Assembly: GCA_039683575.1 (NCBI GenBank)
Contig: JBDKRC010000194.1
Span: forward strand, 1 to 17,198
Source of the DNA: Armatimonadia bacterium
GTDB taxonomy: Bacteria; Armatimonadota; Zipacnadia; Zipacnadales; UBA11051
Length of the DNA stretch: 17,198 bases
Direction: 5' to 3'
Shown: in pieces, positions 7,559 through 15,409 of the stretch
How the letters are laid out: each line of letters opens with the position of its first letter
How positions within the stretch are numbered: position 1 is the stretch's first letter
The notes under the pieces: model-generated
Databases searched by the model: none
What the model was told of the DNA's origin: nothing
What the model saw: only the letters and a program-made list of their open reading frames with translations
Position numbers and translations under genes: made by a program

Positions 7559-8833
7559 ATGGCTCCTATTACTACCATCATTGTCGGCGCCGGACATCGG
7601 GGCGTTGGCTATGGTTCTTATTCGATTTCGCATCCCGATGAGTTCAAGGTTGTGGGCGTGGCCGATCCTGATCCCGTGCGGCGGCAGGCTGCGATGGAGC
7701 GGTTTGGCTTTGGCGAGGACATGTGCTTCGAGACCGCCGAGCAGCTGGCGGAGCGGGGGCAGCTTGCTGATACCGTGATCAATGGCACCATGGACGCCGA
7801 TCATGTGCCGACTTCGCTGCCGCTATTGGAGGCGGGGTACCATATTCTGCTCGAGAAGCCGATCTGCCCGACCAAGAGTGAGCTGCTGGCGCTTCTGGAG
7901 ACGGCGCGGCGGACGGACCGGCGGGTGCTGGTGGGGCATGTGCTGCGGCATGCGCCCTTCTATGCGGAGGTGCGGCGGCGCGTGGCGGCGGGGGAGATTG
8001 GCGACATCGTGACCGTGAACACGACCGAGCGGGTGAGCTATCACCACATGGCCGTGGTGTTTGTGCGGGGAAAGTGGAACCAGAAGGCGAGCAGCAACCC
8101 GATGCTGATGTCGAAGTGCTGCCATGATCTGGACCTGATCACCTGGATGAAGACCGGGATCAAGCCACGGCTGGTCGCGAGTCTGGGCGGGAGAATGCAC
8201 TTCCGCGAGGAGTATGCGCCGAAGGGGTCCGGGACGCGCTGTCTGGTGGACTGCCCCATCGAGCGCGAGTGTGACTATTCGGCGCGCAAGCACTACCTGG
8301 AGCAGAATCTGTGGGGCCCGTACACGTGGCATTGCCTCGAGTACCTGGGGACGCCGACCGAAGAGGACAAGATCAAGTCGCTCTCGACCGACAACCCGCA
8401 CGGGCGCTGCGTGTGGAAGTGCGAGAATGATGTGGTCGATCACCAGTCCGTGATCATCCAGTTCGCGGACGGATGTGTGGGGAACCATACGCTGACCACC
8501 GGGACGGCGAAGCCTTGTCGCACGATCCACCTGGTCGGAACCAAGGGCGAGATCGAGGGTAGCGTCGAGGACGGGGCGTTTGTGACGCGGTTCCCGGATG
8601 CGCGGGCGGGCTGTGAGTATACGGAGACGCCCGTGGACCTGAACGTGTCAATGGACATGCACGGCGGCGGGGACATGCGGCTGGTGGAGGACTTTGTGCG
8701 AGTGGTGCGGGGCGAGCAGCCGTCGCTGTCCACGACGCAGCTTGAGGACTCGATCTATGGGCATTTGATCGGGTTTGCGGCTGATGTGGCAATGGAAGAG
8801 AAGCGGGTGGTGGAGATCGAGGATCTGGACTAG
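7559..8833 (+). CDS. Gfo/Idh/MocA family NAD(P)-dependent oxidoreductase
   Basis: IIVGAGHRG, HILLEKPI, VGHVLRHAPFY, KCCHDLDLI, CVWKCENDVVDHQSV, HGGGD. AAAGGA at 7541-7546 precedes ATG 7559. Confidence 0.92.
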   Translation: MAPITTIIVGAGHRGVGYGSYSISHPDEFKVVGVADPDPVRRQAAMERFGFGEDMCFETAEQLAERGQLADTVINGTMDADHVPTSLPLLEAGYHILLEKPICPTKSELLALLETARRTDRRVLVGHVLRHAPFYAEVRRRVAAGEIGDIVTVNTTERVSYHHMAVVFVRGKWNQKASSNPMLMSKCCHDLDLITWMKTGIKPRLVASLGGRMHFREEYAPKGSGTRCLVDCPIERECDYSARKHYLEQNLWGPYTWHCLEYLGTPTEEDKIKSLSTDNPHGRCVWKCENDVVDHQSVIIQFADGCVGNHTLTTGTAKPCRTIHLVGTKGEIEGSVEDGAFVTRFPDARAGCEYTETPVDLNVSMDMHGGGDMRLVEDFVRVVRGEQPSLSTTQLEDSIYGHLIGFAADVAMEEKRVVEIEDLD

Positions 8834-9012
8834 AAGCCAGTCAGAGCCCTTGAGACAGCGGGCGTCGGGCTCTGGAGAGGCCTCCCACTCTGAACCATCG
8901 AATGGGGCCGCAGTCTCAAAAAAGTCACAAAATCCAGAAGGAATCCTGAGGGGGAGTGCGGAACCAGTTCATCGGGGTGCGTGACGCATCGCATCTTTCA
9001 GGGAGGCTTCGC

Positions 9013-9363
9013 ATGGAGATTCGGGTCAGCCCTGCTGTTACCGTGGTCGTGCTCATCGTCGTCGGGGCGATTCTGGTCGGTCTGTACTACATGGTGATGG
9101 CCGCACCAGGCACCAAGGCGGTGGCCGGAATGGTTGGGCCTGCGCCTGAGGTGGCACCGCCGACGGCGGCGGTTGAGCCGACGAGCACCACCGCTCCAGT
9201 GGCCGCCGGGGACAAGAAAGAGGCGAGTGCAGAGGCGAAGAAGGACGCGGCTGCCACGGACAAGGGCGAGGCTGCGGCGACGGAGACGAAGGACAAGGCG
9301 GCCGGGGACGGCAAAGAGGCCCCGGCACCGGAGAAGAAGGACACAGCGCCGGCGGCGTCCTGA
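9013..9363 (+). CDS. Small hypothetical protein with one N-terminal TM segment and an Ala/Lys/Asp/Glu-rich disordered tail
   Basis: GGGAGG at 9001-9006, ATG 9013; hydrophobic AVTVVVLIVVGAILVGLYYMVM; followed by a terminator. Confidence 0.75.
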   Translation: MEIRVSPAVTVVVLIVVGAILVGLYYMVMAAPGTKAVAGMVGPAPEVAPPTAAVEPTSTTAPVAAGDKKEASAEAKKDAAATDKGEAAATETKDKAAGDGKEAPAPEKKDTAPAAS

Positions 9364-9381
9364 GGATAGCTCTCAATTTAT

Positions 9382-9415
9382 GCCGCAGCCTGCTTCATTG
9401 CAGGCTGCGGCTTTT
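9382..9415 (+). terminator. Intrinsic terminator
   Basis: GCCGCAGCCTGC-TTCATT-GCAGGCTGCGGC perfect 12-bp stem plus TTTTGTT. Confidence 0.8.
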
Positions 9416-9499
9416 GTTGTTCTGGAGGCTGAGGAGGGTTCGCGGAAGGTGTCTCTTGACGTCGCGGGGAATCGAGTCAGTGGTCGCGTCGAGGGGCCC

Positions 9500-9683
9500 T
9501 GGAGCCGCCCGGCTGGAAGCCGGGCTCCATTGGCGTAATCTCGCGGCTGGAAGCCGCTCGTACGGCAGTGGGGCGGCTGGAAGCTGCTGGTGCGGCAGTG
9601 GGCGGCTGAGGCTGCTCGTACGGCGATGGGCGGCCCCCCTGCTTTTGCGGCAGTGAACTACCTGAAGCCGCTCGTACGGCAGC
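9500..9683. repeat. Palindrome GCCCGGCTGGAAGCCGGGCTCC followed by about 5 degenerate 28-30 nt tandem units (GCGGCTGGAAGCCGCTCGTACGGCAGTGG)
   Basis: Units start near 9543, 9573, 9602, 9630 and 9658. 9506-9547 closely matches 17038-17079. Confidence 0.8.
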
Positions 9684-9718
9684 AACATAGCACAATACTA
9701 CGTGTGGAGAGGATCGTC

Positions 9719-11209
9719 ATGCCACAGGTTATCGTTGTTGATTGCGGTTCGACCAACATCCGCGCCATCGCTGTTGATGAGACCGGGCAGATTGTGGCGA
9801 GTGCCGGGCGGCCGAATGATTCTACGCCGCAGGAAGGGCAGCCCAAGGGCTACATCATCTGGGACCTGCCGCAGCTTTGGAAGAAGATCTGCGATGTGTG
9901 CCGGGAGGTCGCGCCGCGGGCGACGGACGTGCGCGCGATGACGCTGACGACCTGGGGCGCGGATGGGGCGCCGGTGCGCGAGGACGGGACGCTGGCCTAC
10001 CCACCGATCTGCTGGCAGGACAACAGGACGCAGGGGATCATTGACCACATTGACGACTACCGCAGTGCGTGGGATTTGTATGCAACCACGGGGTATCAGC
10101 TCATCCCGTTCAACACACTGCTGCGGCTGATCTGGCTGCGGGAGAACCAGCCGGAGACGCTGGAGGGGACGCAGTGGCTGATGATGCCGGGGCTGCTGTC
10201 GTACCTGCTGTGCGGCGAGCGCTCGATTGAGCGGACGGCGGCGGGTACCATGATGGCGCTGGACATGGCGAAGGGCGACTGGTCAGCGGAGCTTCTGGGC
10301 CTGGCTGAGCTGGAGGCGTCGTTCTTCCCGCGCTGGGTCTTGCCGGGTGACGTGATTGGGAAGCTGACGACGAAGGCGGCCAAGGAGACGGGGCTTCCGG
10401 CAGGCATCGCGGTGGTCGCCGCGGGGCATGACACGCAGTTTGCGGCGATTGGCTCGGGCGCGCAGCCGGGGGAGGCAATCTTGTCCTCGGGGACATGGGA
10501 GATCCTGATGCTGCGCCAGGACAGCTTCCAGGTGAACCGGCAGGGATTTGACGACGGAGTGTTGGTGGAATGTGATGCTCTGCCGGGGATGTTCAACCCG
10601 CAGCTTCTGATGATGGGGTCCGGGGTCCTGGAGTGGATAAGAGATCAGTTCTACCGTGACTTGCCGGAGGGCGCGGAGGGGTATGCGGAGTTGGCGGTGG
10701 AGGCATGCAAGGCCGGTCCCGGGGCCGGTGGGGTCTCGGTGCTGCCCAGCTTCGTGCCCTCGACAGGGCCGGCGAAGCGGTATGGGACGCAGGGGACGGT
10801 GCTGGGGCTGACGATTACGTCCGAACCGGGGCAGATCTACCGCGCGGCGCTGGAGGGGCTCACGTTCCAGTTGCGGCACGCGATCGAGGTGCTGGGAGCG
10901 TCGAGCGGAGCGGCACCGAACCTGATCCGGGTGGTTGGTGGTGGGTCGAAGAACGACCTGTGGAACCAGCTACGCGCCGACGTCACCGGGCTGCCGATCA
11001 TCACGATTGAGCAGAAGGAAGCTACGGTGCTGGGCGCGGCGATGTTTGCGTTCAAGGGCGCAGGGGAGTTCGCGGACATCCAGGAGGCGCAGGCGGCGAT
11101 GACCGGCGGCCAGACGACGGTCGAGCCAGGGGTGGAGGGGGACGCTTACGGCGAGGCCTATGGGCGGTACCGGAAGGTGCTGGAGGATCTGAGCGGGTTC
11201 TACGGTTAG
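9719..11209 (+). CDS. fucK: FGGY family sugar kinase, most like L-fuculokinase
   Basis: VVDCGSTNIRAIAV, TTWGADG, FNTLLRLIWLRENQP, AGHDTQFA, LSSGTWEILM, YRAALEGL, VGGGSKNDLWNQLRAD, EATVLGAAMF match FucK as I recall it. GGAGAGG lies upstream of ATG 9719. Confidence 0.8.
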   Translation: MPQVIVVDCGSTNIRAIAVDETGQIVASAGRPNDSTPQEGQPKGYIIWDLPQLWKKICDVCREVAPRATDVRAMTLTTWGADGAPVREDGTLAYPPICWQDNRTQGIIDHIDDYRSAWDLYATTGYQLIPFNTLLRLIWLRENQPETLEGTQWLMMPGLLSYLLCGERSIERTAAGTMMALDMAKGDWSAELLGLAELEASFFPRWVLPGDVIGKLTTKAAKETGLPAGIAVVAAGHDTQFAAIGSGAQPGEAILSSGTWEILMLRQDSFQVNRQGFDDGVLVECDALPGMFNPQLLMMGSGVLEWIRDQFYRDLPEGAEGYAELAVEACKAGPGAGGVSVLPSFVPSTGPAKRYGTQGTVLGLTITSEPGQIYRAALEGLTFQLRHAIEVLGASSGAAPNLIRVVGGGSKNDLWNQLRADVTGLPIITIEQKEATVLGAAMFAFKGAGEFADIQEAQAAMTGGQTTVEPGVEGDAYGEAYGRYRKVLEDLSGFYG

Positions 11210-11217
11210 GCGCGGGA

Positions 11218-11291
11218 GGTCGGGGTCTGGAGACCCCTCCCACAAGTGATTGAGGCCACGTGATGGTCGGGGGCAGTGCCCCCTCCCACAA
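11218..11291. repeat. Two REP-like palindromes GGTCGGGG..CCCCTCCCACAA
   Basis: GGTCGGGGTCTGGAGACCCCTCCCACAA (11218-11245) and GGTCGGGGGCAGTGCCCCCTCCCACAA (11265-11291); related copy at 1240-1260. Confidence 0.8.
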
Positions 11292-11315
11292 CATTTTGAT
11301 CGAAGAGAGGTCATT

Positions 11316-11843
11316 ACGCCTGCGATTAACCCCGAGCGTGAGGCCGCTGTTCGGATTGCTGAATTGATGTGCGTGGCTGCCCGCACCGCTCCGAAAGCGT
11401 GCGGGATTGACAATATCGTGACGGCTATCGTGGCCGATGAGGCTGAGAGGGCGGCGCTGGCGGCGGAGATGCGGGCCTTCGGCGAGCAAATCGGCGCGCC
11501 GTTCTTCCTGCGTGACGCCGACAACCTGATGGCTGCCGACGGGTGCGTTATCCTGGGTACGAAGCTGGCCCGGCTCCACATTCCGGGCTGTAACCTGTGC
11601 GGTTTCCCCAGTTGTGACGCGAACGAGGAGGCAGGGGCGCGGTGCGCCTACAACGCGGGCGATCTGGGCATTGCGCTCGGGTCAGCGGCCTCCGTGGCGG
11701 CTGATCACCGGGTTGATTGCCGTGTGATGTACACCGTCGGGATGGCGGCAGTACGGCTGGGGCTGCTGGGTGGAGAAGTCGCGATTGCGCACGGGATACC
11801 GCTGTCAATCAAGGGAAAGAATATATTCTTTGACCGGAAATAG
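11316..11843 (+). CDS. DUF2148-like ferredoxin-domain protein; start codon uncertain
   Basis: AARTAPKACGID, CNLCGFPSC..C, DLGIALGSAASVA, VDCRVMYTVG, GIPLSIKGKNIFFDR. The first ATG is at 11367, but SD GAGAGG at 11305-11310 suggests an earlier start. Confidence 0.8.
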   Translation, partial: TPAINPEREAAVRIAELMCVAARTAPKACGIDNIVTAIVADEAERAALAAEMRAFGEQIGAPFFLRDADNLMAADGCVILGTKLARLHIPGCNLCGFPSCDANEEAGARCAYNAGDLGIALGSAASVAADHRVDCRVMYTVGMAAVRLGLLGGEVAIAHGIPLSIKGKNIFFDRK

Positions 11844-11867
11844 GCGAAAATGGGGGTATAGGGGGGT

Positions 11868-11895
11868 TTTACTGCAAAGGATATAATGATATACT
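11868..11895 (+). promoter_or_regulatory. Candidate sigma70-type promoter for pckA
   Basis: AT-rich island with TTTACT (11868-11873), TATAAT (11882-11887) and extended -10 TG-A-TATACT (11887-11895). Confidence 0.5.
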
Positions 11896-11926
11896 CATCT
11901 GCACCAGGTCCTCGGCCCTGCTTGGG

Positions 11927-12016
11927 ATTCTTCGCTTCGCTCAGAATGACAGTAGTGGGCGCCTGACTTTCGGGCTCCCGGCACTGTCCGGAAATTCTTC
12001 GCTTCGCTCAGAATGA
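11927..12016. repeat. Two identical 23-nt repeats ATTCTTCGCTTCGCTCAGAATGA in the pckA leader
   Basis: 11927-11949 and 11994-12016; a variant lies at 1330-1352. Confidence 0.88.
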
Positions 12017-12060
12017 TCAGCAGTGGCTGCCTGGCCCTTTTTTGCAAGGAGTGCCTGCCC

Positions 12061-13686
12061 ATGAGCGACCACTTCGCGGACTTCGACCACCCAAAGCGCC
12101 ACGGCTTGGAGCATCACGGCTTCAAGAACGTCGGTAACGTCTACTGGACCCCCAGCACCCCCACTCTGTACGAGCAAGTCATCCGCCGCCGCGAAGGTAT
12201 CATCTGCCACCTCGGCCCCATCGCCGTACGCACGGGGCACCACACGGGTCGCTCGCCCGATGACAAGTTCATCGTGCATGAGGCATCGTCGGCTGACCAC
12301 ATCTGGTGGGGCAAGGTCAACCGCGAGTTCGAGCAGGAGCGCTTCAACGCGCTATACCAGCGGCTGATGGCGTACGTTCAGGGTCGCGATCTGTTCGTGC
12401 AGGACTGCTACGTTGGCGCGGACCCGCAGTATTCGATGCCGATCCGGGTCATCACCGAGGACGCGTGGCAGAGCCTGTTCACGCGCAACATGTTCATTCA
12501 GATGAAGGACAGGGCGAAGCTCGATGAGCACCGGCCCGAGTTCCGGGTACTTTGCTTCCCGCACTTCCATGCCCTGCCTGAACTGGACAAGACAAACTCG
12601 GAAGCCTTCATCATCGTAGACTTCAGCCAGAAGACGGTCCTGATCGGCGGAACCTCATACGCCGGCGAGATCAAGAAGTCTGTTTTCACGATACTCAACT
12701 ACTACCTGCCGCGGCAGGAAGTACTGTCGATGCACTGCTCGGCGAACATGGGACCGAGCGGCGATGTGGCGCTGTTCTTCGGGCTGTCCGGCACGGGCAA
12801 GACGACGCTGTCGGCTGACCCCGAGAGGATGCTCATCGGCGATGACGAGCACGGCTGGAGCGACAACGGGATCTTCAACTTCGAGGGCGGCTGCTACGCG
12901 AAGGTCATCAACCTCTCGCGCGAGGCTGAGCCCGAGATCTATGAGTGCACGCGGCGGTTCGGCACCATTCTCGAGAACGTGATGCTCGATAGCGAGATGC
13001 GGCGCGTGGATCTGTTCGATGCGACGCTGACCGAGAACACCCGCGCGGGCTACCCCATCAGCCACCTGTCGAATGCAGTGCGCGAGGGTCGCGGGCCGCA
13101 CCCGCAGAACGTAATCCTGCTGACTTGCGACGCTTTCGGCGTCATGCCGCCGATCGCCAAACTCACGACCGAGCAGGCGATGTACCAGTTCCTGTCCGGC
13201 TACACGGCGAAGGTCGCCGGGACCGAGCGCGGGATGGGCAGCGAACCGGAGGCGACGTTCAGCGCGTGCTTCGGAGCGCCCTTCATGGCGCTGCCGCCGA
13301 CGGTGTACATGACCATGTTCGGCGAAAGGCTGCGACGCCACAACGTAAAGTGCTGGCTCGTGAACACGGGCTGGCAAGGCGGGTCTCCTGCCCATGGTGG
13401 CAAGCGCATTTCCATTCAGCACACGCGAGCGCTGGTTCGCGCAGCGCTTACCGGGGCGTTGGACGACGTGCCGACCTACCAGGACGAGCTGTTTGGCATG
13501 GCTGTGCCCGAGAACGTCCCGGGCATTCCGCCCGAAGTGTTGCGGCCGCGACAGATGTGGTCCGACCCGGCCCAGTACGATATCCAGGCCGAGAAGCTTG
13601 TGGACCTGTTCCAGCAGAATATGGAAAAGTTCAAGGGGATGGTTGGGCCGGAGATCCTGGCGGTGGGGCCGAAGCATAGGGCGTAG
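12061..13686 (+). CDS. pckA: Phosphoenolpyruvate carboxykinase (ATP)
   Basis: TGRSPDDKF, YAGEIKKS, MHCSAN, FFGLSGTGKTTLSADP, LIGDDEHGW, FNFEGGCYAK, TENTRAGYP, FLSGYTAKVAGTE, WLVNTGW. AAGGAG at 12046-12051. Confidence 0.98.
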   Translation: MSDHFADFDHPKRHGLEHHGFKNVGNVYWTPSTPTLYEQVIRRREGIICHLGPIAVRTGHHTGRSPDDKFIVHEASSADHIWWGKVNREFEQERFNALYQRLMAYVQGRDLFVQDCYVGADPQYSMPIRVITEDAWQSLFTRNMFIQMKDRAKLDEHRPEFRVLCFPHFHALPELDKTNSEAFIIVDFSQKTVLIGGTSYAGEIKKSVFTILNYYLPRQEVLSMHCSANMGPSGDVALFFGLSGTGKTTLSADPERMLIGDDEHGWSDNGIFNFEGGCYAKVINLSREAEPEIYECTRRFGTILENVMLDSEMRRVDLFDATLTENTRAGYPISHLSNAVREGRGPHPQNVILLTCDAFGVMPPIAKLTTEQAMYQFLSGYTAKVAGTERGMGSEPEATFSACFGAPFMALPPTVYMTMFGERLRRHNVKCWLVNTGWQGGSPAHGGKRISIQHTRALVRAALTGALDDVPTYQDELFGMAVPENVPGIPPEVLRPRQMWSDPAQYDIQAEKLVDLFQQNMEKFKGMVGPEILAVGPKHRA

Positions 13687-13696
13687 GGGGGAGAAC

Positions 13697-13743
13697 GGCG
13701 GGAACAGATGAGGCGGGAACTGGTGAGGCGGGAACGCGGGAAC
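13697..13743 (+). repeat. Short direct repeats (G)GCGGGAAC x4
   Basis: Copies at 13697, 13712 and 13727 (15-nt period) and 13736. Confidence 0.7.
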
Positions 13744-13766
13744 GCGAGAGGCAAAGACAAAAGGCG

Positions 13767-13803
13767 AGAGCCGCATCCGATCTGGATGCGGCTCTTTTTG
13801 TTT
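13767..13803 (+). terminator. Intrinsic terminator of pckA
   Basis: AGAGCCGCATCC-GATCT-GGATGCGGCTCT 12-bp stem plus TTTTGTTT. Confidence 0.85.
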
Positions 13804-13815
13804 GGGTGGGTGGGA

Positions 13816-13925
13816 GTGGGTTCGAGACGAACCCACCTACGCGGCTGAGGCAGTGGTCTAGCTGGGTTCGAGACGAACCCAGGTACGCGGCTTAGGCGAT
13901 GGCCACCACGGAGTGTCGGCCCCAC
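13816..13925. repeat. REP-like cluster between convergent genes
   Basis: GTGGGTTCG-AGA-CGAACCCAC-CTAC (13816-13840); CTGGGTTCG-AGA-CGAACCCAG-GTAC (13862-13886); GGCCACCACGGAGTGTCGGCC-CCAC (13901-13925, compare 7474-7493). Confidence 0.85.
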
Positions 13926-13932
13926 GCGGTAC

Positions 13933-14907
13933 TTAGACGTCGGCGAGGACTTCGGCTACGGTTACTTCGCGGTTCTCGCGGAGGCTGCGCTTGCCGGCTT
14001 CGCAGGTGGCGATCAGTTCTACTTCCTCTTCGATGGGGACGGTCTGGTTGTCGTTGACGACGTAGTCCACGAAGGCTTCGAGGAGGTAGGTGTAGAGGTC
14101 GGTGAGGTCGGGTGTCATTGGCTTCCAGCCCTTGGAGCCGTAGAGGTTGAACTGCCAGCCGGCGCTCATGTAGGGCTGCTCGCCGACGATCAGCATGACG
14201 TCGCGGCCGCTGGCGAAGCGGACGCGGGCGAGGTTGCGCTTGTCCTGGCCGACGTTCATGACGGAGACTGCGCCGCTGCCGAAGACGCCGTAGGCCATTG
14301 AGAGGGCGTGCATGCCGTAGTAGACGAGGTCGTTGCCGCAGGAGGAAGTGGCGACCCAGACGTCGCCCCACTTGCCCTCTTCGACCTCTTTCTTGGTCTG
14401 CAAGATGTCGGGGACAAAGCGAAGGGAACTGGCGGACATGAACTTGGTGCCGCTTTCGTTCACGGCCTTCTGGACCTGCAGGCACTCCCTGGCGGTCATG
14501 GCGAGGGGCTTGTCGCAGAAGGTGGGCGTGCCCTTGCTGAGGGGGTAGAAGGCGTACTCGTACTGCCGCGCGGTGCCGTCATCCACGATGACTACGGCGT
14601 CGACGTCATCACAGCAGGCTTCCGCGGTGTCGGCGACCTCAGGGATGTTGCACACATCCGCGAGCAACTCGGCGGCCTCGGGCACGCGGTCCCAGACTTT
14701 GACGACCTGGCAGTCAGGGACGATTTTGCCGGAAGCGGCGAAAGTGTACTTGTTGGCGTCGTAGGTTTTCGCTTTCTTCTCGGCGTCGTAGCCGTTGAAC
14801 GTGGAAGCGAAGGCGGTGCCGTGGAATGAGCCCCAGGTGAGGGGGGCGTCCGCCTCCATGTACGTCCGGGCGTATGTTGCCGCCGAGACCAGACCGATCC
14901 TTAACAT
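13933..14907 (-). CDS. Gfo/Idh/MocA-like oxidoreductase (divergent)
   Basis: DDVDAVVIV, PTFCDKPLA, MSASSLRF, YYGMHAL. GGAGG lies upstream of the ATG. Confidence 0.82.
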   Translation of the reverse strand: MLRIGLVSAATYARTYMEADAPLTWGSFHGTAFASTFNGYDAEKKAKTYDANKYTFAASGKIVPDCQVVKVWDRVPEAAELLADVCNIPEVADTAEACCDDVDAVVIVDDGTARQYEYAFYPLSKGTPTFCDKPLAMTARECLQVQKAVNESGTKFMSASSLRFVPDILQTKKEVEEGKWGDVWVATSSCGNDLVYYGMHALSMAYGVFGSGAVSVMNVGQDKRNLARVRFASGRDVMLIVGEQPYMSAGWQFNLYGSKGWKPMTPDLTDLYTYLLEAFVDYVVNDNQTVPIEEEVELIATCEAGKRSLRENREVTVAEVLADV

Positions 14908-14934
14908 CAGAATTCCTCCATATTTGTTACGTCG

Positions 14935-15264
14935 TCAGATTGCTCCGTGGCAGTAGACTACTTGCACCGGGGTGTCGCCGGTGCGACGGGCGCAGTGCTT
15001 TACCCCAGGGCCGACGTAGACGGCGACGCCGGGCTCGAGCGGGATGATCTCCTCGCCGACCTTGATCTCCCCCACTCCGGCGAAGACGAACACGGCCTCC
15101 TGGTCGGCGTGGACCTGCGGATCACCGAATTCGGTGGCAGTGTAGTTGGCGCGGCCGAGGTTGAAGCCGGAGGTGGTTGGGATGGCTTCGGTACCGATGA
15201 GGTCTTTGCTCCAGCGGTCGGGGAACTGGGTTGGTTGGACGGCTTTCTCGTTGGTGGCTGGCAT
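14935..15264 (-). CDS. Cupin domain protein
   Basis: QVHADQEAVFVFAGVGEIKVGEE...LEPGVAVYVGPGVKH is the two-motif cupin signature. GGAG lies upstream. Confidence 0.88.
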   Translation of the reverse strand: MPATNEKAVQPTQFPDRWSKDLIGTEAIPTTSGFNLGRANYTATEFGDPQVHADQEAVFVFAGVGEIKVGEEIIPLEPGVAVYVGPGVKHCARRTGDTPVQVVYCHGAI

Positions 15265-15284
15265 GTGGGACTCCGATTGCTGCC

Positions 15285-15366
15285 GCCCCTTCGGGGCTCA
15301 TAGTGTTGGGTGCGAGTGGCCCAGGGCCTTGCGGCCCTGGCTAGATGCCTCACGGCCCTTCGGGCC
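15285..15366. repeat. Tripartite palindromic element
   Basis: GCCCCTTCGGGGC (15285-15297), CCAGGGCCTTGCGGCCCTGG (15321-15340), GGCCCTTCGGGCC (15354-15366). The large-hairpin then small-hairpin layout matches 5139-5187. Confidence 0.75.
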
Positions 15367-15409
15367 TAACGGCAACGGCCGATAGCGCCTGATGAAGAGC
15401 AGCTTAGCG

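Noticed and set aside
9543-9683. Tandem units as a CRISPR array
   Set aside because: The units are head-to-tail with no unique spacers and are degenerate.
11927-12016. Two identical 23-nt repeats with a 44-nt spacer as a mini-CRISPR
   Set aside because: Only two units, no cas genes, and a variant occurs dispersed at 1330 inside a REP cluster.
6089-12060. In-frame N-terminal extensions of spsF-like, Gfo, fucK, DUF2148-like and pckA ORFs through upstream repeats (starts 6089, 7403, 9590, 11250, 12013)
   Set aside because: Better SD and family-typical starts lie downstream, and stop-free runs are common at this GC content.
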